Below, piece after piece: positions 9,777-18,549 of a DNA stretch of 64,000 nucleotides. The translations under genes and the position numbers were made by a program. Numbering within the stretch: the first letter of the stretch is position 1; each line of letters starts with the position of its first letter. Source of the DNA: an uncultured Gemmatimonadaceae bacterium (GTDB lineage: Bacteria; Gemmatimonadota; Gemmatimonadetes; Gemmatimonadales; Gemmatimonadaceae); contig CAWBOC010000005.1 in NCBI GenBank assembly GCA_963790305.1, positions 480,001 through 544,000 on the forward strand. The letters run 5' to 3'. A model generated the notes under the pieces. It searched no databases and had not been told where the DNA came from. It worked only from the letters and a program-made list of their open reading frames with translations.

Positions 9777-10511
9777 TCGCGCCCGATGCGCGAGCGTCCC
9801 CAAACAACCGCCCCGGCCGGCCGCCCAGCCGTCGCAGCCCGTCCCGTCATTCGACGGGCGCTCCTCTCCGTCGACGTCATCCTCTTCACGCCTCATGGGC
9901 GCCGCCTGACCGTATTGTTGGTGCGCGCGGCGGATCCGAACGCGCGTGAACGGTGGGAGCTCCCGTGGGATGCCGCGCGTGCCGAAGAGGCGCTCGATGT
10001 CGCCGCTTCCCGCATCGCACGATCGGCGTTAGGCGCAGGTGCGGCGTGGACGCGACAGGTCGTGGCATCGGGCAGCGAGCAGCGGCACCCCGGTGAAACC
10101 GAATTCTCGATCGCGTACCTCGGCCTCGTACCGGCGGGCACGCCGCCGCCAGTCGGCGGTGAGGCGAGCTGGTTCCCGCTCGATGAAATTCCGCCGCTCG
10201 CGCCACGCCACCGCGCCATGGTGGATTCCGCCCTCGCAATGCTTCGGCTGGAGCTCGATCAATCTCCCGTCGCCTTCCGCTTGCTCCCGGCGACGTTCAC
10301 GCTGAGTCAGCTTCAGGAAGTCTACGAGGTCCTTCTCGGTCGCAAGCTGCACAAGGCCAGCTTCCGCCGCGCGCTCCACGCCGCCTGGCTCGTGGAGCCT
10401 ATAGATGAATGGCGCAGCGAAGGCAGAGGGCGACCCGCGCAGCTCTTCCGCTACGCGCCGAAGAAGAGACGGACGGGTCGGCGCGGGGTGAGGTTCGATC
10501 TCCTAGGCTAG
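9768..10511 (+). CDS. NrtR-family regulator (Nudix-like domain plus winged helix)
   Basis: SVDVILFT...; FTLSQLQEVYEVLLG...HKASFRR...GRPAQLFRY; start may be 9786. Confidence 0.88.
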   Translation: MTNSRPMRERPQTTAPAGRPAVAARPVIRRALLSVDVILFTPHGRRLTVLLVRAADPNARERWELPWDAARAEEALDVAASRIARSALGAGAAWTRQVVASGSEQRHPGETEFSIAYLGLVPAGTPPPVGGEASWFPLDEIPPLAPRHRAMVDSALAMLRLELDQSPVAFRLLPATFTLSQLQEVYEVLLGRKLHKASFRRALHAAWLVEPIDEWRSEGRGRPAQLFRYAPKKRRTGRRGVRFDLLG

Positions 10512-10652
10512 GGGTCGGGAGTCAGGAGTCAGGGATCAGGGATGGAAAGGGGCCGCGGCGCTTCGCGCCTGCGGCCCTCATCAGATGAGCGCGGCAGCTA
10601 TGCTGCCGCGCTTTTCCATCCCTGATCCCTGATCCCTGACTCCTGACCCCTA
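10509..10652. repeat. Large inverted repeat of 7-bp units enclosing two small hairpins
   Basis: GGAGTCA/GGGATCA units on the left and TGATCCC/TGACTCC units on the right; inner GGGCCGC..GCGGCCC and AGCGCGGCAGC..GCTGCCGCGCT hairpins. Confidence 0.85.
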
Positions 10653-10763
10653 TCGTCACCGGTTAGCTAACCGGAACAAAAACGTGACCCCAAAGGTACA
10701 CCCCTTGCGTTACCTTATTAGTACCAATACGTATATTACTACGAAACACACGGAGGGAGCCGG

Positions 10764-11039
10764 TTGCTCGCCTACCTGGACGCGCTGTGTGCCGCTTTGC
10801 TTGCGCGTGACACCAAGGAGATTGATCGCCTTGGCCGTCATCCACTTGCACGCGCCCTGCCGCGGACGGTACGTGAGGAAGTCCTCGCGATTCGTCGCGT
10901 TGGACCCGGCTCCCTTCGCGCGCCCATAGAGACCCTTCGCCATTACCACCGCACGGCCCATCTGGCAGGAATCGCGCGCGACCCAGCTTCCCAGGGCGCG
11001 CAGGCGGAGCTGCCGCTGGCTGCGGGAGGCGCGGGCTAA
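10764..11039 (+). CDS. Hypothetical protein
   Basis: GGAGGGAG RBS, TTG start, AT-rich upstream region; stop overlaps the next start. Confidence 0.7.
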   Translation: MLAYLDALCAALLARDTKEIDRLGRHPLARALPRTVREEVLAIRRVGPGSLRAPIETLRHYHRTAHLAGIARDPASQGAQAELPLAAGGAG

Positions 11040-11416
11040 TGGGCGTTCTTCGCCGCAAGCAGGGGAGCACCGTGCGGCAGTCGGGGGCGACGCCGGCGCT
11101 GACCGAGGCTACGCTTCGTCGCCTGTCCGACCAGGGTATCAGCGAGACGCCGGTTCCGGCGCGCGTCCTCGAGACGCCCAGCGGACAGCGGTGGCTCGTC
11201 GTTCTCATCGCGCGACTGGCCTCGGTCGATTCGGTTGGCGAGACCCGCGGCGCACGACTGATCGTTCGCGCCGAGCCCTTGTTCGGCGGACAGGATCGCG
11301 CCCGCATCGTTACCGTGAGAGCTGTCTCGCTGGACGAGATGGACGGATCGGTCCTGCGGGATGCGCTTCTCCGGCGGCGAGGTAGTGAGCCGGCGACCAA
11401 GCGACGCAGAGGATGA
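11039..11416 (+). CDS. Hypothetical protein
   Basis: TAATG translational coupling to the upstream ORF; followed by a terminator hairpin. Confidence 0.6.
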   Translation: MGVLRRKQGSTVRQSGATPALTEATLRRLSDQGISETPVPARVLETPSGQRWLVVLIARLASVDSVGETRGARLIVRAEPLFGGQDRARIVTVRAVSLDEMDGSVLRDALLRRRGSEPATKRRRG

Positions 11417-11451
11417 AAAACGGCGGCCAACGATGGCCGCCGTGTTCGTTT
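11416..11451. terminator. Bidirectional terminator between convergent genes
   Basis: AAAA-ACGGCGGCCA-ACGA-TGGCCGCCGT-GTTCGTTT. Confidence 0.7.
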
Positions 11452-11458
11452 ATCGACC

Positions 11459-11710
11459 TCAGTCGTGTCGTCGCAGCAGTGCCCGCGAGATCGCGGTATT
11501 GTCCCTGGCGATCGCGTAGAGCTCCCTGAAGACCGTAGCTCGAGACGTTCCGCGCGCTTCCGCGATGATCGGGGGCTCGTGCCCCGCACGGCGAGAAGGG
11601 TCTGACCGCCGCTCTACCGCTAGAAAGGCGTGGTGCAGTCCGCCTTCGGAATTGTCGGCTTCGATCATGACGAAGCCTCCAGATGGTAGCTCGCGACTGT
11701 AGAGCAGCAC
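11459..11710 (-). CDS. Small hypothetical protein (paralog of 3050-3343)
   Basis: Shared VERRSDPSR...EPPIIAEARGTSR motif; AAGGA RBS upstream. Confidence 0.75.
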   Translation of the reverse strand: MLLYSRELPSGGFVMIEADNSEGGLHHAFLAVERRSDPSRRAGHEPPIIAEARGTSRATVFRELYAIARDNTAISRALLRRHD

Positions 11711-11769
11711 GGGTCATCCTTCATTGGATGGACAATGGGCACCCCGCATCGGGTGTCCGCCTACGCGCG

Positions 11770-12387
11770 CTAATATACGACTGGCGGCTCCCGATAAAGC
11801 AAGGTGTTTTCCATCTCGGGTGGAGCGCCGCGCTCCCTGGCGCTGGCACTTACCGGGAGCTCGATGACTCCCTCTGCGGGCAGGACGCGCCTGACCGCGA
11901 TCAGACGCCGTCCAAACCAGGTCGGACGGGCCCGCGTGCCGCCGAAGCGATCGAGCCTTACCCGCTTTCCGGTGCTCGAGGCGTGAATGATCGTATCGCC
12001 GCCAACGTAAACGGCGATGTGCTGGGCGCCGCGACCGCCGAAAAAGAACAGCAGATCGCCGGGCTGCAGATCGCCCGGGACGGGCGCGTCGCCTACGGCG
12101 GCCTGTTCCTTCGCAGTGCGCGGCATCCGAACGCCGTGCTGCGCGAAGATCCAGCGCACGAAACCGGAGCAGTCGAATGCGCGCGGTGTCGTGCCGCCGA
12201 GGACATAGCGCACGCCGAGGTATCGCTTGGCGGTGCGTACAACGTCCAAGCCGTGCACGGGCGCGCGCACCTCGATGGTGCGCATAGCCGTAAGCGACGG
12301 CGCCTGCCGAGCCTGGGCCGAGAGCTGACCCGGCGCCGTCAACAGGGCCGCGCAAATGACAGCGAATCGCGCGTTGATGGTTGTCAT
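11770..12387 (-). CDS. NlpC/P60 (C40) peptidoglycan endopeptidase
   Basis: Signal peptide; YVLGG..AFDCSGFV, PGDLLFF, HIAVYVG, IHAS. Confidence 0.92.
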   Translation of the reverse strand: MTTINARFAVICAALLTAPGQLSAQARQAPSLTAMRTIEVRAPVHGLDVVRTAKRYLGVRYVLGGTTPRAFDCSGFVRWIFAQHGVRMPRTAKEQAAVGDAPVPGDLQPGDLLFFFGGRGAQHIAVYVGGDTIIHASSTGKRVRLDRFGGTRARPTWFGRRLIAVRRVLPAEGVIELPVSASARERGAPPEMENTLLYREPPVVY

Positions 12388-12461
12388 CTTGGCGATGACG
12401 ACCCAAAGGCTGCGTGGAAACGTCCCGAACGTTCTGCGAAAGTGTTTTCGCGACCGAAGAA

Positions 12462-13509
12462 TTACCGACGCGATCTCACCTTGCGGGACTGAGCCTCGAG
12501 AAGCGCCCGTACGGAGTTTCCGTTCTTCATGGCAGGCGCCCAAATGTCACCACTTCGCCGAAGGCGATCGGGGACGGTCTCGATCGTGAAGTCGCGGGGG
12601 TCGAGCGTCTTGTCGACCTCCTTCCATGCGAGGGGCGTGGAGACGGTCGCGCCTGGTCGTGCGCGGACCGCGTAAGCTGCCGCCACCGTTTTCCCGCGGA
12701 TGTTCTGCAGATAGTCCACGTACACCGTTCCAGCCGGGCGCGCGCTGACCGACCGCTCGATGGTGGCAATGGTCGGTGCGCGCGCAGCGACCCGGGTCGC
12801 GATCAACTGCGCGGCGAGCACCGCCGTCTCATCGGAAACGCCCGGCCGAAGCGGGATGACGATGTGCATTCCTGAAGAGCCTGATGTCTTCGGGACAGCT
12901 GTGAGCTCCAGGGCATTCGAGCTCCTCGTGCACCAGCTTCGCCACTTCGACCACTCGCGAAAAAGGCGCTGTCGGCCCGGGGTCGAGATCCAGGATCGTG
13001 AAATCGGCCAGCTCGAGCTTCGGAACGCGCGAGTGCCACGTGTCGACCGAGATGGCGCCGAGCTGAACGGTGTAGAGCAGCGTCGCCAGATCCCCGCCAA
13101 TGAATCGCCGCTGCTGCTCTCCCTGCTCATTGCGAATCGTCTCCGCGCGTACCGCGGGCGGCACCTTGTCGGGTGCCTTCTGCTGATAGAACGACTGACC
13201 CTCGATGCCGTCCGGATATCGCTTGAGCACGAGGGGTCGATCGCGCATCACAGGCAGGATTGCCTCTTCCACGCGGGCGTAGAAGCGCATCACGTCCCCC
13301 TTCGTGATGCCGTCGCGGGGGAAAAACACTTTGCCGAGGCTGGACACTGACAGCGTGGCGCCGCGGCCGAGCTCCACCGTGCCGTCGCCTCTGTCGCGCT
13401 CGATCGCCTCCAGCTGCGTGACCACGGGCGACTCGGAGGGCGGCGATGCCTTCGAGCGGGTCGTCCGTGCTGCGGCCGACGCCGGCCGCTTTGCCGTCGC
13501 GCGTTTCAT
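12462..13509 (-). CDS. ligD: LigD polymerase (primase-polymerase) stand-alone domain; apparent frameshift near 12918
   Basis: KVFFP..TKGD, RYPDGI..FYQ, DLDP, KTSGSSGMHI, YVDYLQN, YAVRARPGA.VSTPL. Confidence 0.88.
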
Positions 13510-15208
13510 GGCTTCTTGCGCTGCACGCTCTCGGGCTCGCGTCCTACGTCACGCGCGGGCTTGTCGTCGCGGACGCCAAGGAAGATCGGCTGACGAAGCT
13601 TCCCGTCGGCCGTCCACTCGTTGAACTTCACTTCGACGACGACTTCGGGGCGCGTCCAATGCGCGCGCTCATTCGTCCGCGGCGGCGTCGCGAAGGGCGG
13701 CGTTTTCCGCTCGAGGCGGGCGAGCCGGCGATACATGTCCTTGAGGCCCGCCCGGGTAAACCCTCCGCCGGTGTGCCCGACATAGATGAAACGATCGCCG
13801 TCGAAGTAGCCAAGCAGAATCGCGCCGATATGCTCGCGCGTATTGCGCGGCTCGGTCCAGCCGCCGACGACGAACTCCTGGCGATGCTCGACCTTCAGCT
13901 TCAGCCACGCTTTCGATCGGACGCCCGGCTCGTACTGAGAGCTGGTGCGCTTGGCGATCACCCCTTCCCACCCGTCCCGCCGCACGCGTTCCAGCATCTC
14001 CTCGTCCATCGGCGGGAATCGACTCGCTGAGGCGGAGGCGATTGCTGGTGCGCCGGCGGAGCACCCGTTCGAGATGCTTTCGACGCGTCGTCCACGGCTC
14101 CTTGAGCAGGACGTCGGGACCGTCGATGAGAATGTCGAAAAGCGCGATCGCGGCGGGCTGCGACTCTGCAAAGTCGCTCGATGGCGACGGCGTCCTTCAC
14201 GTGCATGCGATCCTGCAATGCCTGAAAGCGGGCGACTTCACCGTCGACGACCGCGATGATCTCTCCATCAACCACGAGCTCGCGTTCCGCCTTTCGGCCA
14301 AGTGCACGGAGCGCTTCAGCGATCTCCGGAAACTGTTTCGTCTTGTCGTTGCCATTGCGGGTGATGAGACGAACCGCGTCTTTCGTCACGAACGCGAGGA
14401 CACGGATGCCATCGTACTTTGGCTCGAACGTCCATCCGTCGCCGTCGGGTACCGAGGCCCCAATGCTCGCGTACATGGGCTCGAGGCGGGCGGCGGCCCG
14501 CGAGAGGGCGGGCGCCGCCGATGCCTTACGAGTGCTCGGCGGTGCTCGACGGCTCGCCGTGGGTGACTTCCCGGCTTTCGCGGTGCGTTTTTTCCCGGCG
14601 GCGATTTCGTCCATGGTGCGGCCCGTCGTCACCGACGTCGTGGTTTCAGCGACGATGTCGACGTCGTCGCGCGCCTCGTCGTCGCGATGCTTGATCCAGA
14701 GCCATTGGGGCTTCGAGGACCCGGAATCGCGTCCGCGCATGCGAACGAGCACCCACGAGCCCCGCAGCCGCTCGCCCTGGAGCGTGAACTTGAGATCCCC
14801 TGCGCGATAGCCGCGCCGGATCGCGCTTTCATCATCCCCGTCATCGGCCGCGTCTGCCCGGTACGTGCCGCGATCCCACAGCATGACAGTGCCGCCGCCG
14901 TATTCCCCCTTCGGGATGGTGCCCTCGAAGGTGTTGTAGTCGATGGGATGATCTTCGACCTCCATGGCGAGGCGCTTGACGCTCGGGTCGAGGCTGGGTC
15001 CTTTGGGGACCGCCCAGCTCTTCATCACTCCATCGAGCTCGAGGCGCAGGTCGAAATGCAGGTGGCTGGCGGCGTGCTTCTGGATGACGAAGCGCAAGGT
15101 TCCCTTTCTGGCGGGAACGCGGTCGACATCTCCGGCAGGCTCTGCCGTGCGGGAGAAGTTGCGCTTGCGCCGGTACTCCGCCAGCGGTGCCGAGCGAGTG
15201 CGCGGCAC
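13506..15208 (-). CDS. ligD: LigD phosphoesterase plus ATP-dependent ligase; apparent frameshifts near 14171 and 14005
   Basis: FVIQKHAASHLHFDLRLE...SWAVPKGP (PE domain); EPKYDGIR, DGEI, EGVIAKR, WLKLK, LRQPIFLGVRDDK (ligase). Confidence 0.88.
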
Positions 15209-15214
15209 GGCCCG

Positions 15215-16096
15215 TTAGGCGGAGCGGCGTGATTTGGGTGGCGTGCGCTCCTTGGAGGCTGCAGACTTCCGCGGCGCGCGAACCGCTCCCGACCGTGTGC
15301 CCTTGCCGCCGGATCGCGCCTTCTTGCCCTGCTCCAGGCTTTCGCGAAGGCGCGACATCAGGTCGAACACCTGCTCGTCGGCGGGCTCGGCCTCCTGCAT
15401 CGGCTCGAGGTCGGCCTTCTTCCCCTTGAGCTTCGCCTTGATGATGCGCATGAGGTTCGCGCGATAGTCATCGGTGTACTTGTCGGGCGAAAAGGGCTCG
15501 GCGAGGTTGCCGATGAGCTGCTCGGCCATCGTGAGCTCCTGCGGCTTCACGACCTCGGCGGTCGGGAAGGAGAACTCCTTGGTGTCGACCAGCTCGTTGG
15601 CGAACCGCATGAGCTCGAGCACGAGCGCATCGCCGACGACCTTCACGGCGGCCAGATTCTGCTTCTGACGGATAATGATCTTGCCGATGCCGATCGCGCC
15701 GGTGCGGCGCATTGCTTCGCGAAGGAGCGCGTAGGGTCGCTCGCCGCCCTTCGAAGGCACGAGGTAATACGGCGTCTCGAAGTAGCGGGGATCGATCTCT
15801 TCCTGCTTCACGAAGTCGAGGATGTCGATGGCGCGTGAGCCTTCGAGGGCGGCGCGCTCGAAGTCCTCATCGGTGAGCACGACGTACTTTCCCTTCGTGT
15901 ATTCATAGCCCTTGACGATCTCACTCCATGGGACCGGCTGACCGTCTTCGGCGCACACGCGCTCGTACTTGACCGGCGAGAGGTCTTCGGCGTGGAGCAT
16001 TCGGAACGAGATGCGATCTCCCCGCACGGCGGTCCGAAGCTCGACGGGAATACTGACGAGTCCGAAGCTGATGGCTCCTTTCCAGATCGCCGCCAT
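15215..16096 (-). CDS. ku: Ku NHEJ DNA end-binding protein
   Basis: IWKGAISFGLVSIPV, IVKGYEY, PYYLVP; basic C-terminal tail. Confidence 0.95.
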   Translation of the reverse strand: MAAIWKGAISFGLVSIPVELRTAVRGDRISFRMLHAEDLSPVKYERVCAEDGQPVPWSEIVKGYEYTKGKYVVLTDEDFERAALEGSRAIDILDFVKQEEIDPRYFETPYYLVPSKGGERPYALLREAMRRTGAIGIGKIIIRQKQNLAAVKVVGDALVLELMRFANELVDTKEFSFPTAEVVKPQELTMAEQLIGNLAEPFSPDKYTDDYRANLMRIIKAKLKGKKADLEPMQEAEPADEQVFDLMSRLRESLEQGKKARSGGKGTRSGAVRAPRKSAASKERTPPKSRRSA

Positions 16097-16205
16097 GACC
16101 TGCTCTCCGCGTTGGGGTTCGCCAGGATCGCGATGTGTAAGAAGGCAAGAGCGGGGCCACCTGTGGAAAAGAACATTTGTGATCTGAGAGTGTGAGTATG
16201 CACAG

Positions 16206-16240
16206 GAAAAGGCCCGGGCAGCGTGGCCCGGGCCTTTTTT
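16206..16240. terminator. Rho-independent terminator after csp
   Basis: AAAAGGCCCGGGC-AGCGTG-GCCCGGGCCTTTTTT. Confidence 0.8.
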
Positions 16241-16264
16241 CTGAGGGGTCGTTCGAAGGTCCGA

Positions 16265-16471
16265 TCAAGCCTTCGTGACGTCCGATGCCTGCGGTCCCTT
16301 CTGTCCCTGAACGATCTCGAACTCGACGCGATCGCCCTCGGCGAGTGACTTGAAGCCTTCGGATTGGATCGCGCTGAAGTGGACGAACACGTCTGGACCT
16401 CCCTCACGGGAGATGAATCCGTACCCTTTCGCGTCGTTGAACCACTTCACGGTGCCGGTGATGCGTGCCAT
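16265..16471 (-). CDS. cspA: Cold-shock protein
   Basis: [15 protein letters not shown]...DVFVHFSAI...GQKGPQA. Confidence 0.95.
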   Translation of the reverse strand: MARITGTVKWFNDAKGYGFISREGGPDVFVHFSAIQSEGFKSLAEGDRVEFEIVQGQKGPQASDVTKA

Positions 16472-16666
16472 GGTGCGCTTCCTCTTCCCTTACGGGGCTG
16501 ACGGTGGTGCGTGGTCACGTTGGACGACCGGATGTAGCGCGTCCCGCGCGGCCTAAACAGGTGACGTCAAAGGTAAACACCTGAGACGCAAGCAAAAGGG
16601 GGCGGTGCGCAAAATCCGCTCCGCCCCCCCGTTCGACTGTGAGACACCTCTATCCGCTGTCGGCGG

Positions 16667-16876
16667 TCAAGCGGCCCCTGCAATGTACTTTGCCACCCGT
16701 CCGCACTTCGAGCACCGCAGCGTGACGTGCGAGCGCGGAGGAGGAGGCATCTGCTGCGGATCGCGCATGATCTGCCCCGAGCATGATGGGCACGACAATG
16801 GCGATCCGGTGCGATCGTGTGAGATGAGCTGCAGGGCCTGCGCAGGATTGTACGTCGCCGGACGGGGCTTTCGCAT
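16667..16876 (-). CDS. Small zinc-ribbon protein
   Basis: CPSC...CSKC; GGAGG RBS; followed by a G/C hairpin with U-tail near 16594-16631. Confidence 0.7.
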   Translation of the reverse strand: MRKPRPATYNPAQALQLISHDRTGSPLSCPSCSGQIMRDPQQMPPPPRSHVTLRCSKCGRVAKYIAGAA

Positions 16877-16951
16877 GAGGACCTCCGTGGGTATACGACT
16901 AACCATTCCGGCGGGCGCGGGGGTTCCGGCCGAAACAATGCTGCGAATAGC

Positions 16952-17680
16952 GTGACGCCACAGCGACTGCTGGCTCTAGCAAGACGGCTGTTGGCGGTCC
17001 CACTGTGCGTCGCTTGGGCTGGCTGCGGGCCCCGTCTGCATCTTCCCGCTCCACCATTCAGCCCCCCGGGCGCGCTCCCACCGGGAGACGCTGGCGCCAC
17101 GCTGGCACGGCAACTGGCGCCTGTCTTGTACCTACAGCCCGACGAATGGTTCCCGCTGGTCCGGGCGGTGGCCGTGCTTCACCCCACCCGGCCCATCATC
17201 GCCTATCATCTCTTGTGGCGGGACGACGCCCACGGGGCCTGGGTACCCTTGACCAAGCCTTCCGACCAGGAAATCGTGTGGGTCGGCTACGACTCAACGG
17301 GGGCCCCTGTCGATCTCTGGACCTACTGGCACGGAGACGTCCTCCACGTTCCCTGGCCCAAGCGGCAGGTTCTGGTCGACGTCCAGTGGGGGAAGCACGG
17401 GTCGCTTCCGCGGTCGACCCGCCCCGAGTCCCTGCCGGTGGGGAGATCGCTCGAGGCGTTCTATCTCCTGACCTGGGCGGGGATCCCGGATCTATGGCTG
17501 GGTCGCCTGTCGCGGCGCGGGCCGCTGTGCTTTTGCGGCAGCTATGCGCGCTACGCGGCGTTCACCAGGCCACTCGGGTTGGCCGGCCGAATCGACGTCG
17601 TGGCGCGCGCGGCCGATCCCGCCGAGCTGCTGCGGTCGGTGTTCGGGCCGCGCTATTCGCGAAAGCGACCGTGGCCGTAG
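16952..17680 (+). CDS. Hypothetical lipoprotein
   Basis: Signal peptide with AGC lipobox; globular Trp-rich region. Confidence 0.65.
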   Translation: MTPQRLLALARRLLAVPLCVAWAGCGPRLHLPAPPFSPPGALPPGDAGATLARQLAPVLYLQPDEWFPLVRAVAVLHPTRPIIAYHLLWRDDAHGAWVPLTKPSDQEIVWVGYDSTGAPVDLWTYWHGDVLHVPWPKRQVLVDVQWGKHGSLPRSTRPESLPVGRSLEAFYLLTWAGIPDLWLGRLSRRGPLCFCGSYARYAAFTRPLGLAGRIDVVARAADPAELLRSVFGPRYSRKRPWP

Positions 17681-17972
17681 CCCGCGCCTAACGAGTCACG
17701 CGGCGCGACCCCGTCGGGGTTCCTTCGACCTGATCGGACGAAATGACCTCGCAGCGACCGGTCGTCTTGTCTGACTCGTGTGTTGCATGCCTGCCTCACG
17801 AGTGCATTGATCCCTTCCGCGTTGCGTCAACCGGCGTGCCGTACTCGGAATATGAATTGCCTAATCCGAGGGCGCTTGCCACGCATGGCGAGCGGCCCGC
17901 ACCTCGACCGTTTCTCGGGAGAGCGCCGGCGCAGGAATCGGAATCCCAGCATCTCGCTCACCGGAGTCATTC

Positions 17973-18542
17973 ATGTTCGCCACGCGACGTTTCGCTTCCC
18001 TTCTCGCGCTTGCGCTCGCCGCCGTCATGCTGACGTCGTGCGCCGACGATCACGTGCCTACAGCGCCGCCGGCTCCGCCAGCGATGGCGCCCGATCCTTC
18101 ATTACTCGGCGATCTCATTGGTGGTGTCACCGGGACCGTCGGCGGCCTCGTGAACCAGCTGGGACTCGTCTCCTGCAACGTGCGGACGACACACACGGGT
18201 TCGGCCGAGATCGGCCCGATGGGTGGCGTCGTGTGGGTCGGTCCGCATCGCCTCTTTGTCCCGCCGTACGCGCTGCGTGAGAGGGTCCGCATCACCGCGG
18301 TCGCGCCGAAGGGCCAGTACGTCCAGATCCAGTTCGCGCCCGAAGGGCTCGAGTTCCGTCGGCCGACGCTGCTGACGATGAGCTATTCGGAGTGCAGCCT
18401 GCTGAGCCCGCTGCGCCTCAAGATCGTGTACGTCAACGACAGACTCGAAATCCTGGAAGTGCTGCCGACGCTGGTCAGCGTGCTGACGCGTACGGCAAAC
18501 GCGCCCGTCGATCACTTCTCGCGGTACATGTTGGCTGACTGA
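17973..18542 (+). CDS. Hypothetical lipoprotein with a ZU5-like beta domain
   Basis: LTSC lipobox; IGPMGG..LFVPPYAL..VRIT, F.PEGL.F..P..LTMSY, V.HFS.Y pattern. Confidence 0.75.
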   Translation: MFATRRFASLLALALAAVMLTSCADDHVPTAPPAPPAMAPDPSLLGDLIGGVTGTVGGLVNQLGLVSCNVRTTHTGSAEIGPMGGVVWVGPHRLFVPPYALRERVRITAVAPKGQYVQIQFAPEGLEFRRPTLLTMSYSECSLLSPLRLKIVYVNDRLEILEVLPTLVSVLTRTANAPVDHFSRYMLAD

Positions 18543-18549
18543 CCTGCGC

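Noticed and set aside
10509..10652. Repeat arrays as a CRISPR locus
   Set aside because: Units are 7-9 bp without unique spacers; no 25-45-bp direct repeats and no cas genes in the window.
12462..15208. Programmed frameshifting or pseudogenisation of ligD and the other broken genes
   Set aside because: No slippery heptamers or accumulated stops; uniform +1 insertions across unrelated genes fit sequencing error better.
17840..17970. c-di-GMP riboswitch upstream of the HD-GYP operon
   Set aside because: A hairpin is present but I could not find the class I or class II consensus elements.
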